DNA of 64,000 nt from an uncultured Atribacterota bacterium (GTDB lineage Bacteria > Atribacterota > Phoenicimicrobiia > Phoenicimicrobiales > Stramentimicrobiaceae): positions 30,845 to 94,844 of the forward strand of contig CAYSSG010000001.1 in assembly GCA_964433635.1 (NCBI GenBank). Reading direction: 5' to 3'. This document shows, piece after piece, positions 38,010-49,958 of this stretch. How positions within the stretch are numbered: the first letter of the stretch is position 1; each line of letters starts with the position of its first letter. Below the pieces are notes generated by a model. It saw only the letters and a program-made list of their open reading frames with translations, was not told the origin of the DNA and made no database searches. Both the position numbers and the translations under genes were made by a program.

Positions 38010-38204
38010 AATGGTATAAGTCTCCTTCAGTTTTTTTGATATCGATTATTAATATAATATCAGTCACAATTTTTGTCAAATCGTAACAACAATATCTTTG
38101 ACGCAGGTCGATGCAATATTGGTGTAATCTGGTTTTTGACCATATCATTTTCAGATCATCCAGGATCACCTCTACATTGATCTATTCTACCGAAAAACTA
38201 TTGA

Positions 38205-40277
<2,073 letters not shown>

Positions 40278-40413
40278 TTCTTTATCAGAATTCAACAGCA
40301 TCTGCCATAAAACCGGTATGTTAGGGACAGGAGATATTCCCTTAGAGTAGAACGATTGAAATAAGAAACATTCAAGTTAGTCAATTCATTGTTATTCTTG
40401 AAATAGAGGAGAT

Positions 40414-40710
40414 ATGATGTCTAAAAAAATCATTGAAAAAAAAGATGTAGAATACATAGCAAAATTGGCAAAATTGGAATTGAATACCGAACAGAAAGAA
40501 CTTTTTCTACCACAGTTAAACAGCATCCTTTCTTATTTTGAGCAGCTTAATGAATTAAATACGGACCAGGTCGAACCCACATCTTATATTCTTCCTGTTT
40601 CCAACCGATTTCATGATGATATTCCGGGACTTTCATTACCACAGGAGATTGTCCTGCGTTTGACCAGGCATACCGGGAAGGGATATTTTCAGGTGCCCAG
40701 GATCTTGTAG
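40414..40710 (+). CDS. gatC: Asp/Glu-tRNA amidotransferase subunit C
   Basis: 98 aa with the typical ...VEYIAKLAKLEL...NELNTDQVEPT... sequence. Precedes gatA and gatB. Confidence 0.9.
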   Translation: MMSKKIIEKKDVEYIAKLAKLELNTEQKELFLPQLNSILSYFEQLNELNTDQVEPTSYILPVSNRFHDDIPGLSLPQEIVLRLTRHTGKGYFQVPRIL

Positions 40711-40769
40711 GATTGAAGAAATGATAAGATGTCAGCAATCATTGAGAAACACAGAACAGGAGGAGAGAA

Positions 40770-42236
40770 GTGCAACTGAATAGATTAACGGTCACAGAGT
40801 ACCTGGATAAGATTCAGCGAAGAGAGATATCGGTAAAAGAGGTCATGGAAGATATCTTCCTGCAGATTGACCGGGTTGATTCAAAACTAAAGGCCTATCT
40901 GAGTCTTAACCGTGAGGCAGCATTGGATGAAGCTGTCAGGATGGATAGAAAGATTGAAACTGGGGATCATGTACCACCTTTGGCAGGCTTGCCGATTGCC
41001 GTAAAGGATATTATTTGTACCAAGGGCATTGAAACAACCTGCGGTTCGAAAATACTGCGTGGTTTTATTCCGCCCTATGATGCCACGGTAATCAGGAAAT
41101 TAAAAGATGCAGGGGCAATTATCATCGGCAAAACAAATATGGATGAGTTTGGCATGGGTTCATCTAACGAAAATTCTGCCTTTCAGGTAACGCTGAATCC
41201 CTGGAATACCGATCGGGTACCCGGTGGTTCAAGTGGTGGTTCGGCAGTTGCAGTGGCGGCTGATGAGGCATTGGTTGCCCTGGGGTCAGATACCGGTGGA
41301 TCAGTTCGGACCCCGGCTTCTTTCTGTGGCATTGTGGGAATTAAACCTACTTACGGCAGGGTATCCAGATATGGGTTGATTGCTTATGCGTCTTCTCTGG
41401 ATCAGATTGGTCTCCTGGCTAAGAGTGTAAAGGACACAGCATTCCTGATGAACTTGATATGCGGTTATGATTCCATGGATGCTACATCCGCCGATTTAGC
41501 TGTACCGGACTTTCTGAATGCCTGCGGGCAGGAAATCCACAAGTTGAAATTTGCAGTGCCCAGAGAACTCTTCAGAGAGGGTTTAAATCATGAGGTAAAA
41601 GAGGCAGTCAGTCAAGCGATAAAGATTATTTCTCATTCAGGTGGAAGCATTGAGGAGGTTTCTTTGCCCCATCTGGAATATTCACTGCCTGCCTATTACC
41701 TGATTGCAATGGCAGAGGCGAGTTCAAATCTGGCTAAGTTTGACGGGGTACAATATGGTTTACGGATAGACAATCATGACGATCTGGAGGGAATGTATCT
41801 CAAAACAAGAACTGCCGGCTTTGGTCCTGAGGTCATCCGCCGAATCATGCTGGGGACCTATGCCCTAAGTTCAGGCTATTATGATGCTTATTATTTAAAG
41901 GCACAAAAAGTAAGAACTTTAGTCAAGAAGGATTTTGAAGAAGCATTTCAGAAATATGATATTCTGCTGAGTCCCACTTCACCTGTTCCAGCCTTTCGAA
42001 TTGGAGAGAGAGTTCATGATCCTTTAACGATGTTTCTCACTGATATCTGTACTCTTCCTGCCAACATGGCAGGTTTACCAGCCTTATCAATCAATTGCGG
42101 ATTTACCCGGAAAGAACATCTGCCGATTGGTTTACAGATGATTGCCAGGCCATTCCGGGAAGAAGATATTTTCAGCGTTGCCTTTGCTCTGGAAAAAGAA
42201 CTTGGTGAGATTGTTCTGCAGAAGCCGGTTCTTTAA
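40770..42236 (+). CDS. gatA: Asp/Glu-tRNA amidotransferase subunit A
   Basis: GTG start after GGAGGAG. Amidase signature GGSSGGSAVAVA...GSDTGGS. Confidence 0.95.
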   Translation: MQLNRLTVTEYLDKIQRREISVKEVMEDIFLQIDRVDSKLKAYLSLNREAALDEAVRMDRKIETGDHVPPLAGLPIAVKDIICTKGIETTCGSKILRGFIPPYDATVIRKLKDAGAIIIGKTNMDEFGMGSSNENSAFQVTLNPWNTDRVPGGSSGGSAVAVAADEALVALGSDTGGSVRTPASFCGIVGIKPTYGRVSRYGLIAYASSLDQIGLLAKSVKDTAFLMNLICGYDSMDATSADLAVPDFLNACGQEIHKLKFAVPRELFREGLNHEVKEAVSQAIKIISHSGGSIEEVSLPHLEYSLPAYYLIAMAEASSNLAKFDGVQYGLRIDNHDDLEGMYLKTRTAGFGPEVIRRIMLGTYALSSGYYDAYYLKAQKVRTLVKKDFEEAFQKYDILLSPTSPVPAFRIGERVHDPLTMFLTDICTLPANMAGLPALSINCGFTRKEHLPIGLQMIARPFREEDIFSVAFALEKELGEIVLQKPVL

Positions 42237-42300
42237 CTGTTTAGATACAGAGATGGTACATTTTTTCTCACGGCACGATAAAAGGTATTTTTAGTATAGA

Positions 42301-43770
42301 ATGGAGATGTTTATGCAAGAGGATATTGTCATCGGATTGGAGATTCATATTCAGTTGTTGACCAGAACGAAGATATTCTGTCATTGCAGTACTGATTATA
42401 TTCATCAGGAGCCTAATGCCAACACCTGCCCTGTTTGTCTCGGTTTACCGGGATGTTTGCCAGTACTCAATAAAAATGCACTGGTTCTGGCGCTCAGAAC
42501 TGCGATTGCTTTGCACTGCAGAATCAATCATACCAGTATTTTTCACCGGAAGAACTATTTTTATCCCGATTTGCCTAAAGCTTATCAAATCTCCCAATAC
42601 AATTTGCCTTTAGCGGAAGAGGGATTTTTGGAGATTACAACAGGGGATTCAGGGCAAAGACGAAGGATTGGCATTATCAGAGCACATCTGGAAGAAGATG
42701 CCGGAAAGCTGATTCATCCCCAGGAAAATGCAGTTGTAACTTATTCCCTGATTGATTTTAATCGCTCTGGAATCCCCTTGCTGGAAATCGTAACGAAACC
42801 GGAACTTCATTCCTCAGAAGAAGCAGTTGTTTTTTTACAGAATATGAGAAGTATTGTCCAGTACCTGGATGTATGTGACGGTAATTTAGAGAGTGGTTCT
42901 ATGCGTTGTGATGCTAATATTTCTATCAGGAATCCCAAAAGCTTTCTTATGGGAATCAAGACTGAAGTTAAAAACATGAATTCTTTTCGCTCCATCAGAA
43001 AGGCACTTGATTACGAGATTGACCGGCAGCGAAAAATCATTAACAGAGGAGAACATGTACTGCAGGAAACCAGGAGATGGGATGAAGAGAACAACTGTAC
43101 TGTCAGCATGAGGGGTAAGGAAGAAGCACATGATTATCGGTATCTTCCGGAGCCGGATTTACTGCCCATAAAGATAGATCAATCCTGGATTGATGAAATG
43201 AACAGGAATTTACCAGAACTGCCTGAAGAAAGAAAGAATAGATTTATCCGGAATTACGGGCTTTCTGCTTATGATGCTGATCGACTGGTGGAAGTAAAGT
43301 CATTTGGTGATTACTTTGAAGAGGCTGCTCATCACTACAGGGATTATAAGAAACTGACTAATTGGATTCTTGGAGAATTATTACGATGCTTAAGTGAAAA
43401 TAAGTTGACAATTGATTCAGCCCCAGTTACCGCTGAAAAACTGACTGAGTTACTTGAATTGATTGATAGAAAGATGATTAGCGGAAAGATTGGAAAATCA
43501 ATTCTGGAGAAGATGTTTATGACGGGTCAGAGAGCTTCTGATCTGGTTAAGAAAGACGGTCTTACCCAGATCAGTGATAAAAATGAAATTGAGATGATCA
43601 TTGACAAGGTCATTCAGGAGAATACGCCATCAGTGCAGGATTATCTTGCCGGGAAAGAGAAAGCCTTACATTTTCTGGTAGGTCAGGTGATGCACCATAC
43701 CAGGGGAAGAGCACAACCAGGATTGGCTTCTAACCTGTTAAAAGAAAAGATGAATAAATGGAAGGATTAG
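42301..43770 (+). CDS. gatB: Asp/Glu-tRNA amidotransferase subunit B
   Basis: VIGLEIHIQL N-terminus, CPVCLGLPG motif and a C-terminal YqeY-like domain. The start could be ATG 42313 (GGAG lies 6 nt upstream). Confidence 0.95.
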   Translation: MEMFMQEDIVIGLEIHIQLLTRTKIFCHCSTDYIHQEPNANTCPVCLGLPGCLPVLNKNALVLALRTAIALHCRINHTSIFHRKNYFYPDLPKAYQISQYNLPLAEEGFLEITTGDSGQRRRIGIIRAHLEEDAGKLIHPQENAVVTYSLIDFNRSGIPLLEIVTKPELHSSEEAVVFLQNMRSIVQYLDVCDGNLESGSMRCDANISIRNPKSFLMGIKTEVKNMNSFRSIRKALDYEIDRQRKIINRGEHVLQETRRWDEENNCTVSMRGKEEAHDYRYLPEPDLLPIKIDQSWIDEMNRNLPELPEERKNRFIRNYGLSAYDADRLVEVKSFGDYFEEAAHHYRDYKKLTNWILGELLRCLSENKLTIDSAPVTAEKLTELLELIDRKMISGKIGKSILEKMFMTGQRASDLVKKDGLTQISDKNEIEMIIDKVIQENTPSVQDYLAGKEKALHFLVGQVMHHTRGRAQPGLASNLLKEKMNKWKD

Positions 43771-43827
43771 ATTATAATAATAAAAACAATATTTTGCTAA
43801 AATCAGAATAGGAAAGGAGGTATTGTG

Positions 43828-43989
43828 ATGGAAAAATACAGGTGCACCGTTTGCGGTTATATTTATGATCCTGAAAAAGGAGATCCTGAATCAGATATTG
43901 AACCGGGGACCTCTTTTGATGACTTACCGGATGATTGGGTCTGCCCTCTATGTGGTGCAAGCAAGGATGAATTTGAACTGGAGGAATAA
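43828..43989 (+). CDS. Rubredoxin (53 aa; not in the supplied ORF track because it is under 60 aa)
   Basis: My own translation: [53 protein letters not shown]. It has the canonical CxxCG...CPxCG motifs, and AGGAGG lies 7 nt upstream of the ATG. Confidence 0.92.
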   Translation: MEKYRCTVCGYIYDPEKGDPESDIEPGTSFDDLPDDWVCPLCGASKDEFELEE

Positions 43990-43991
43990 AA

Positions 43992-45176
43992 TTGGCAGTA
44001 AAAGAAGTCATTGATCATATTTACTGGATAGGGGCTATCGACTGGGATAGAAGGCTGTTCGATGAGCTCATACCGTTACCTGATGGGACCAGTTATAATT
44101 CTTATCTGGTTAAACATCAGGAGGAGGGGCTACTGATTGATACTGTTGACCCCTCAAAAAAAGATGAATTTTTACAGAATATAAAAAAGGCAAATGTCAA
44201 AAAAATAAGTTACCTCATTGCCCATCATGCCGAACAGGATCACGCCGGTTGCATCAGAGATGTATTGGATGAATTTCCGGGGTGCCGTATTATCACCAAC
44301 CAAAAATGTAAAGACTTGTTAATTAATGAATTGCATCTGGAAGAAAAAGATTTTCATGAAATTCGGGATGGTGAAATATTTTCATTTGGTGCCCAGGAAT
44401 TTCAGTTTATTTTCGCACCATGGGTTCATTGGCCGGAAACCTTTCTGACTTATTTACCGAAGAGTAGATTGCTGTTTACATGTGACCTTTTTGGGTCCCA
44501 TCTTGCCACCAGTGAATTATGGGCATCTTGTGATGGTCATCTTTATCGGGCAGCCAAGCGTTATTATGCTGAAATCATGATGCCTTTCAGACAGCAGATT
44601 AAAAAACATCTGAGTAGATTGAAGAATCTTTCCATTGAGATAATCGCTCCCAGCCATGGGCCTGTTTATCGCAATCCCGAATATATTCTTCGGGCATATC
44701 GTGAATGGGTTTCGGATAAGGTGAAGGAAGAGGTCGTCATTCCATATATATCAATGCATGGAAGTACCGAAAAGATGGTTTCCTTTTTGGTGGAAGAATT
44801 GATGCAAAGAAATATCAAGGTCACACCTTATCATTTAATTCAAACGGATATAGGCGAGTTAGCAATGGCATTAGTTGATGCAGCAACGGTTATTTTGGCA
44901 TCTCCTACAGTTTTAACAGGACCGCATCCTCAGATTGTCTATGCGGCATACCTGTGTAATATTTTGAAACCAAAGGTGAAATTTGCAGGATTAATAGGCT
45001 CTTTTGGATGGGGAAGCAAGATGGAGCAGGATCTGCTTCAGCTTCTCACTAATTTAAGCGTTGAGTTATTACCAACTGTGATGGTAAAGAGTTGTCCACG
45101 AAAGAAGGACTTTGACAGACTCAGTCAACTGGCAGACCTGATAGAAAAAAAACATCAAAGCATAAGGTCGAAATGA
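43992..45176 (+). CDS. Flavodiiron protein (FprA / rubredoxin:oxygen oxidoreductase type)
   Basis: TTG start 2 nt after the rubredoxin stop. Metallo-beta-lactamase-like domain with the di-iron motif HHAEQDH (HxExDH), plus a C-terminal flavodoxin-like domain. Confidence 0.88.
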   Translation: MAVKEVIDHIYWIGAIDWDRRLFDELIPLPDGTSYNSYLVKHQEEGLLIDTVDPSKKDEFLQNIKKANVKKISYLIAHHAEQDHAGCIRDVLDEFPGCRIITNQKCKDLLINELHLEEKDFHEIRDGEIFSFGAQEFQFIFAPWVHWPETFLTYLPKSRLLFTCDLFGSHLATSELWASCDGHLYRAAKRYYAEIMMPFRQQIKKHLSRLKNLSIEIIAPSHGPVYRNPEYILRAYREWVSDKVKEEVVIPYISMHGSTEKMVSFLVEELMQRNIKVTPYHLIQTDIGELAMALVDAATVILASPTVLTGPHPQIVYAAYLCNILKPKVKFAGLIGSFGWGSKMEQDLLQLLTNLSVELLPTVMVKSCPRKKDFDRLSQLADLIEKKHQSIRSK

Positions 45177-45361
45177 TCAATCAACATGTTATGTTACACC
45201 ATTGCATCGTGTAATCTTCTCATATGAAGGAACACAGGCATGTATAAGTTCCTATTTATCATGCTACTGTCATGTCAGTTCAGAAAGCAGGCAGGTGAAT
45301 TGAATGAACTAGTTTCTATATTTACAGATGAAAAAATGTAATGGCAGGGGAGGGAATAGAA

Positions 45362-45886
45362 ATGTTTAAAAGAATACCCATCTTGATATTCATAGGCATG
45401 TTCTTTATTTTCGGTATTTCAGGTTTGGTACATGCGCAGAAAAGCCTTGATGATATATTATATGGGGATTTTAAAGAGATTGATAGTTTTGGTTATATCC
45501 AGGTAAAGGTACAGGGAGAACAGGCTAAATTGATCGGATTGAGCAGTACAGAAATGACTGATTACGCTAGACTGAAATATAAAAATAATTTTAATGGCAT
45601 TCCCTATCAGGAAATAACAGCAGAGGAGTCATCCGTCTATCAGGAAGAGAAGAAGGCGGAGAAAGTCGGCAGTATCTGGTTTAGAATATGGATCACAGGA
45701 GAAGGGTTTCCCATCGCCTATTATATTGAATGTAAAGCCGGCAATTATCATAATTATGAAATATGGACTGATGAAGTACTGGGATTTTGTGATGCCAGGG
45801 AAATTAATCAGATCAGCCGTAATGAGATTAACCGAATGATAGAAAATCTTGCCATTACCTTTTTCAAGGTCAGGGGTGAACTGTAA
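45362..45886 (+). CDS. Hypothetical secreted protein
   Basis: Signal peptide MFKRIPILIFIGMFFIFGISGLVHA-QK. GGGGAGGG SD lies upstream of ATG 45362 (the ORF track starts at 45341). No recognisable family. Confidence 0.55.
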   Translation: MFKRIPILIFIGMFFIFGISGLVHAQKSLDDILYGDFKEIDSFGYIQVKVQGEQAKLIGLSSTEMTDYARLKYKNNFNGIPYQEITAEESSVYQEEKKAEKVGSIWFRIWITGEGFPIAYYIECKAGNYHNYEIWTDEVLGFCDAREINQISRNEINRMIENLAITFFKVRGEL

Positions 45887-46005
45887 TATTGGCGTTTAAA
45901 ATCTAGGCTTACTTTGTATCATTTCTTTCTGCTGACAGAAACGGGATTGGAATTGATGAACGGCAATCAGGAGGAAAGAATTTAGATAGATAGTATCGTA
46001 TTCAA

Positions 46006-47280
46006 GTGATATCTATGGTCTTTAAAACGAACATAAAAAATCTTTTTGAGGATTATGCGAAGTTACCCAGAAGTATATATATTCTTTTCTTGGCCCGCAT
46101 TATTCATTCAATTGGTAATTTTGTTTTTCCTTTCCTGGCTATCTTTTTTACCAGAACATTGATGTTTAGTGAGCAAAAAGCAGGTTTTTTTATAATGCTG
46201 GCCACTGCCGCAAAGATACCCGGATTACTGTTAGGGGGTAAACTGTCCGATATTTTAGGGAGAAAGCATGTTTTTATTGCCTTCTCTTCCCTGTCAGCTT
46301 TTTTTATCTTATCCTGTTTAGTCGTTTCACAGCAGGAGATGATTCCCTGGCTGTTAGCACTTTCAGCAGTCTTTAATGGAGCAAACTATCCTGCATTGAA
46401 TGCCATGGTAGCTGATCTAACGAATCCTGGCAACCGGAAAGCAGCCTATTCTTTGCTCTATCTGGGTATGAATATTGGATTTGCCATCGGACCTCTGATT
46501 GCCGGATTTCTCTATAACCGATATCTTAAATTATTATTTATCGGCGATGTGGTGACAACGATGATATCAGTCTTGTTAGTTTTTTACTATATTAAAGAGA
46601 CAATTCCCGGCAAGGAACGAATTCAGGATTCCATGATTTTCGGTCAAAGTTCTGAAAAAGCTGAACAGGGTGATATATGGAAGGTATTGCTCACCAGACC
46701 CTATCTGATTATTTTTACTTTCATTTTTACCCTGTATTCCTTTGTCTATGTTCAGAACGAATTTACACTTCCCTTGCAGATGATAAAAATATTTGGAGAA
46801 AAAGGACCGCAGTATTTTGGCACCATTATGACAGTAAATGGAATTGTAGTGATATTCCTTACCATGATTATCATCAGCTTAACCAGGAGGATTGAGCCTA
46901 TTTTAAATGTTTCCATCGCTGGCATACTGTATGCGTTTGGTTTTGGTATAATCTATTTCAGTAAAAATCTGGTATTGTTTTCAGTATCTACGATTCTCTG
47001 GACGCTGGGTGAAATTATGGCATCTACCTATTCTGATGTCTATATCATTAATCATACCCCAATGACGCATCGGGGAAGATTCAGTGCCATCATTCATATC
47101 CTGATCGGCTCAGGATTTATCTTTGGACCTTATCTAGCAGGCATGTTCATCAGTCATTATGAGGTTGAGAAAATATGGCCCGTTGTTTTTATCCTGGCAA
47201 TCGCTTCTTCTTTTTTGATGTATCTGGTCTATTATTTTGAAAATCGCTCCAGAACAGAGATAAACCAGGCTGTAGGATAA
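46006..47280 (+). CDS. MFS transporter
   Basis: About 12 TM segments and an MFS loop motif GKLSDILGRK between TM2 and TM3. The start is ambiguous (GTG 46006 or ATG 46015). Confidence 0.8.
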   Translation: MISMVFKTNIKNLFEDYAKLPRSIYILFLARIIHSIGNFVFPFLAIFFTRTLMFSEQKAGFFIMLATAAKIPGLLLGGKLSDILGRKHVFIAFSSLSAFFILSCLVVSQQEMIPWLLALSAVFNGANYPALNAMVADLTNPGNRKAAYSLLYLGMNIGFAIGPLIAGFLYNRYLKLLFIGDVVTTMISVLLVFYYIKETIPGKERIQDSMIFGQSSEKAEQGDIWKVLLTRPYLIIFTFIFTLYSFVYVQNEFTLPLQMIKIFGEKGPQYFGTIMTVNGIVVIFLTMIIISLTRRIEPILNVSIAGILYAFGFGIIYFSKNLVLFSVSTILWTLGEIMASTYSDVYIINHTPMTHRGRFSAIIHILIGSGFIFGPYLAGMFISHYEVEKIWPVVFILAIASSFLMYLVYYFENRSRTEINQAVG

Positions 47281-47473
47281 GATCACCAAGCCGGAAGGTA
47301 AATGAATGAAAGCAGTTGCTGTTATAATATAAAGATATTTTCAAAAGCAGATAAGGACAAAAAAGCAAAAATCTGTTCATCAGGGTGAGAAAATTTCTTA
47401 TCAGATAATGAATCAATGACCTGAAGATATAATATCATCTAAATATCAACTAAGCGTATTCCAGGAGGATACA

Positions 47474-49135
47474 ATGAAAAAATGGTTATTTCTTTTTGTA
47501 TTATTTCTCTTTTCGGGTTTTGCTTCCCATTCCCTTTCCCTGCAGCAGGAGATTGATTTAGAATCTCACATAAAACAGTTATACCTGTATCCGGATTCAG
47601 CCATGATCGTCAGACATGGAGTGGCAGAGTTAAATGAGGGTCATTACCGGGTTATAGTAGATGACATGATGGAAGTTTTTGATGAAAAGACTGTTACCGT
47701 AGCATTAGATAAATCGAGTGACGAAATAGCCAGAATAATGAGTGTCAGTATAGAGACCGTTTTTCTGGAAGAAGAGCCGGCAGAGAGAATCAGACAGTTG
47801 CAGGATGAAATCAATCTGCTGAAAAATGAGATGAGAAGAATCTCAAGTGAAAAGAGCAGCTGGAATGATAAGAAGGAATTTTTAGATTCCATTATCTATT
47901 TTTTCCGGGATGGAAATATGAACAATAAAGAGAGTGCTCAAATCCCCTCAACTGAACAATTGGAAGAAGTCTATATCTTTCTGGATGAAAAATTGCAAAA
48001 AGTCTACAGTCAGGTTTTAGCATTCGATTTTCAGTCAGAAGCATATCAGGAAAAGATTGATCTTCTACAAAGGCAGCTTCAACAGATAACTGAAGGAAAA
48101 AGAGATATTCAAAGAGAGATCATCATCGATTTGGAAGTTTTTGATAAGAACAGGATTGAATTCCTTTTGTCGTATCAATTGGATCAGGGGATAAGCTGGA
48201 GACCGGTTTATGATGTGAGAGTGAATCTGATGGCTAACAGCATTGATTTGTTCACTTATGCATTAATTAAGCAGACGACTGGTGTAGATTGGGAAGATAT
48301 CAATCTCTCGTTGTCCACAGCCAGACCAACTATTTCAGGAGATTTACCACCGGTGGAGCCCTGGTTCCTGAGACCTTACCAGGCTGATCAAGGATTGGGT
48401 ATGACAATGGAAGCGCCTTTATTTTCTATGAAGGAGGCTGATGATGCTGCGGTAGACAGGCTTCGTGAGCCGGATTCGCTGATTCCTGTGGAACATCAAG
48501 GTACCAGCGTTACCTTTCATATTCCCCATCAGGTTTCCCTGGCATCAGGGAGCAGTCAGGAAAAAATCTTACTGGCTGAAGATGAATTAGAAGTACAGTT
48601 GAATTACCAGACGTATCCCCGGTTGAGCCCCTTTGTCTATTTCAATGCCTCCATAGAGAATCATTTGGATGTTCCATTACTTCCCGGACAGGCAAATATC
48701 TTTCTGAATGGCGGATTTACCGGAAATAGCGCTATTGACTATATTCCTCCGGGGGAGGATTTCCAGATTTCATTGGGGATTGCAGAAAATATTAAGGTAA
48801 AAAGGGAATTATTGAAGAAATTTACGGATAAGACACTCATCAGCACCATTCCGTCATCCAAAGTGCTGACAGAGTATGAATACAAGATTACCGTGGAAAA
48901 TTACCAGGATACAGAATCTTTATGCCATCTGTTTGAAAACCTTCCTGTTTCCGAAGATGATCGAATCCAGGTGAATATAAAACAGGTCAGCAAAGAACCA
49001 AAAGAGAAGGATTGGGATAACAAAAGTGGTGTCTGGATGTGGGAGTTTTTGTTAGAGCCACAGGAAAAGGTTGAAATTGATATGATTTATTCTATTTCTC
49101 ATCCTCGGGATATGAAAATATTAGACTTGCCCTGA
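47474..49135 (+). CDS. DUF4140/DUF4139-like protein (TIGR02231, MuiA-like family), secreted or anchored, with central coiled coil
   Basis: Signal peptide. The segment ISWRPVYDVRVN...TGVDWEDINLSLSTARP matches my memory of the family signature (W.P.YD.R ... TGEDW..V.L.LST..P). Function unknown. Confidence 0.55.
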   Translation: MKKWLFLFVLFLFSGFASHSLSLQQEIDLESHIKQLYLYPDSAMIVRHGVAELNEGHYRVIVDDMMEVFDEKTVTVALDKSSDEIARIMSVSIETVFLEEEPAERIRQLQDEINLLKNEMRRISSEKSSWNDKKEFLDSIIYFFRDGNMNNKESAQIPSTEQLEEVYIFLDEKLQKVYSQVLAFDFQSEAYQEKIDLLQRQLQQITEGKRDIQREIIIDLEVFDKNRIEFLLSYQLDQGISWRPVYDVRVNLMANSIDLFTYALIKQTTGVDWEDINLSLSTARPTISGDLPPVEPWFLRPYQADQGLGMTMEAPLFSMKEADDAAVDRLREPDSLIPVEHQGTSVTFHIPHQVSLASGSSQEKILLAEDELEVQLNYQTYPRLSPFVYFNASIENHLDVPLLPGQANIFLNGGFTGNSAIDYIPPGEDFQISLGIAENIKVKRELLKKFTDKTLISTIPSSKVLTEYEYKITVENYQDTESLCHLFENLPVSEDDRIQVNIKQVSKEPKEKDWDNKSGVWMWEFLLEPQEKVEIDMIYSISHPRDMKILDLP

Positions 49136-49293
49136 GTCATATCTTCTGAAAAAAGACACAAGATGTGGTGTGATTTTCATATGACTCATAAAACGGATTA
49201 CCAAAAAATCAGGTCAATGTAACATGCTTTTAAAACAGGTATGGATCTTTTAAAATTGATACAAGTATGTTCCTCCGCTGCTATCGGGCAAAT

Positions 49294-49336
49294 AAAAATG
49301 CCGGTGATTTTGCTGATAAAAATAACCGGCATTTTT
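49294..49336. terminator. Bidirectional intrinsic terminator: AAAAATGCCGGT / ACCGGCATTTTT
   Basis: 12-bp perfect inverted repeat with a GC core, flanked by A- and T-runs. Sits between convergent genes ending at 49135 (+) and 49360 (-). Confidence 0.6.
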
Positions 49337-49359
49337 ATTGAATAGATTGACTCATGTTT

Positions 49360-49956
49360 TCAGTTGTTGATTAATTCAGTTAACTTATCCTTCACCATAT
49401 CAAATTTTTTTCTGGTCTTTTTCTCAACCTGTTTTAATTGCTGATTCAGTTCCTTATTTTGTTCCAGTGCTTCTTCGATACCCATTTCTTTTATCATAAC
49501 CTGATTTCCCTGTTGAAATGCCTGTAATCGTTTGCGGGGATCACGTTCTAATTCCTCTCTAAGATGCTGTATGACCTGTTCCTTATCTCTTTGATAATCT
49601 TCCTGAATTTTTATCAATTCTTTCAGGTTAAGTTCAATCTCAGATAATTGATTTGATTCTTTCAGATGCTCAACAGCCAGAATACCGTTTTTTCTCTTCT
49701 CCATTTCGTAAGCATTGCTCCTAAAAGTCATAGATTGTAAAAGATTACTTTGTGCGCTGGTTAGATGCTGATCAGGCAATTCCTTGAAATGTTGCCACAG
49801 GTCATCTGATCCAATCTTATCCTTATAGTATTCTGCCAGAATATGATTAATCTTTTCCTGCTGCTTTATTTCATTGATTTCTTGCGGGCTTAATATTTCA
49901 ATATTTTTTGTCTTCTCCATCGCTATCTCTCGAGCAGATTTTATAATTGCCACCAA
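49360..49956 (-). CDS. Hypothetical coiled-coil protein (198 aa), no recognisable family
   Basis: Long ORF, Cys-free and heptad-rich (E/K/Q/L). Starts 2 nt after the stop of the upstream 242-aa gene, so it is likely co-transcribed. Confidence 0.6.
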   Translation of the reverse strand: MVAIIKSAREIAMEKTKNIEILSPQEINEIKQQEKINHILAEYYKDKIGSDDLWQHFKELPDQHLTSAQSNLLQSMTFRSNAYEMEKRKNGILAVEHLKESNQLSEIELNLKELIKIQEDYQRDKEQVIQHLREELERDPRKRLQAFQQGNQVMIKEMGIEEALEQNKELNQQLKQVEKKTRKKFDMVKDKLTELINN

Positions 49957-49958
49957 TA

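Noticed and set aside
45240-45341. A 33-aa ORF (MYKFLFIMLLSCQFRKQAGELNELVSIFTDEKM) upstream of the secreted-protein gene.
   Set aside because: Only a weak GAAGGA SD supports it, and there is no family resemblance. I kept it as a note in a finding but do not call it a gene.
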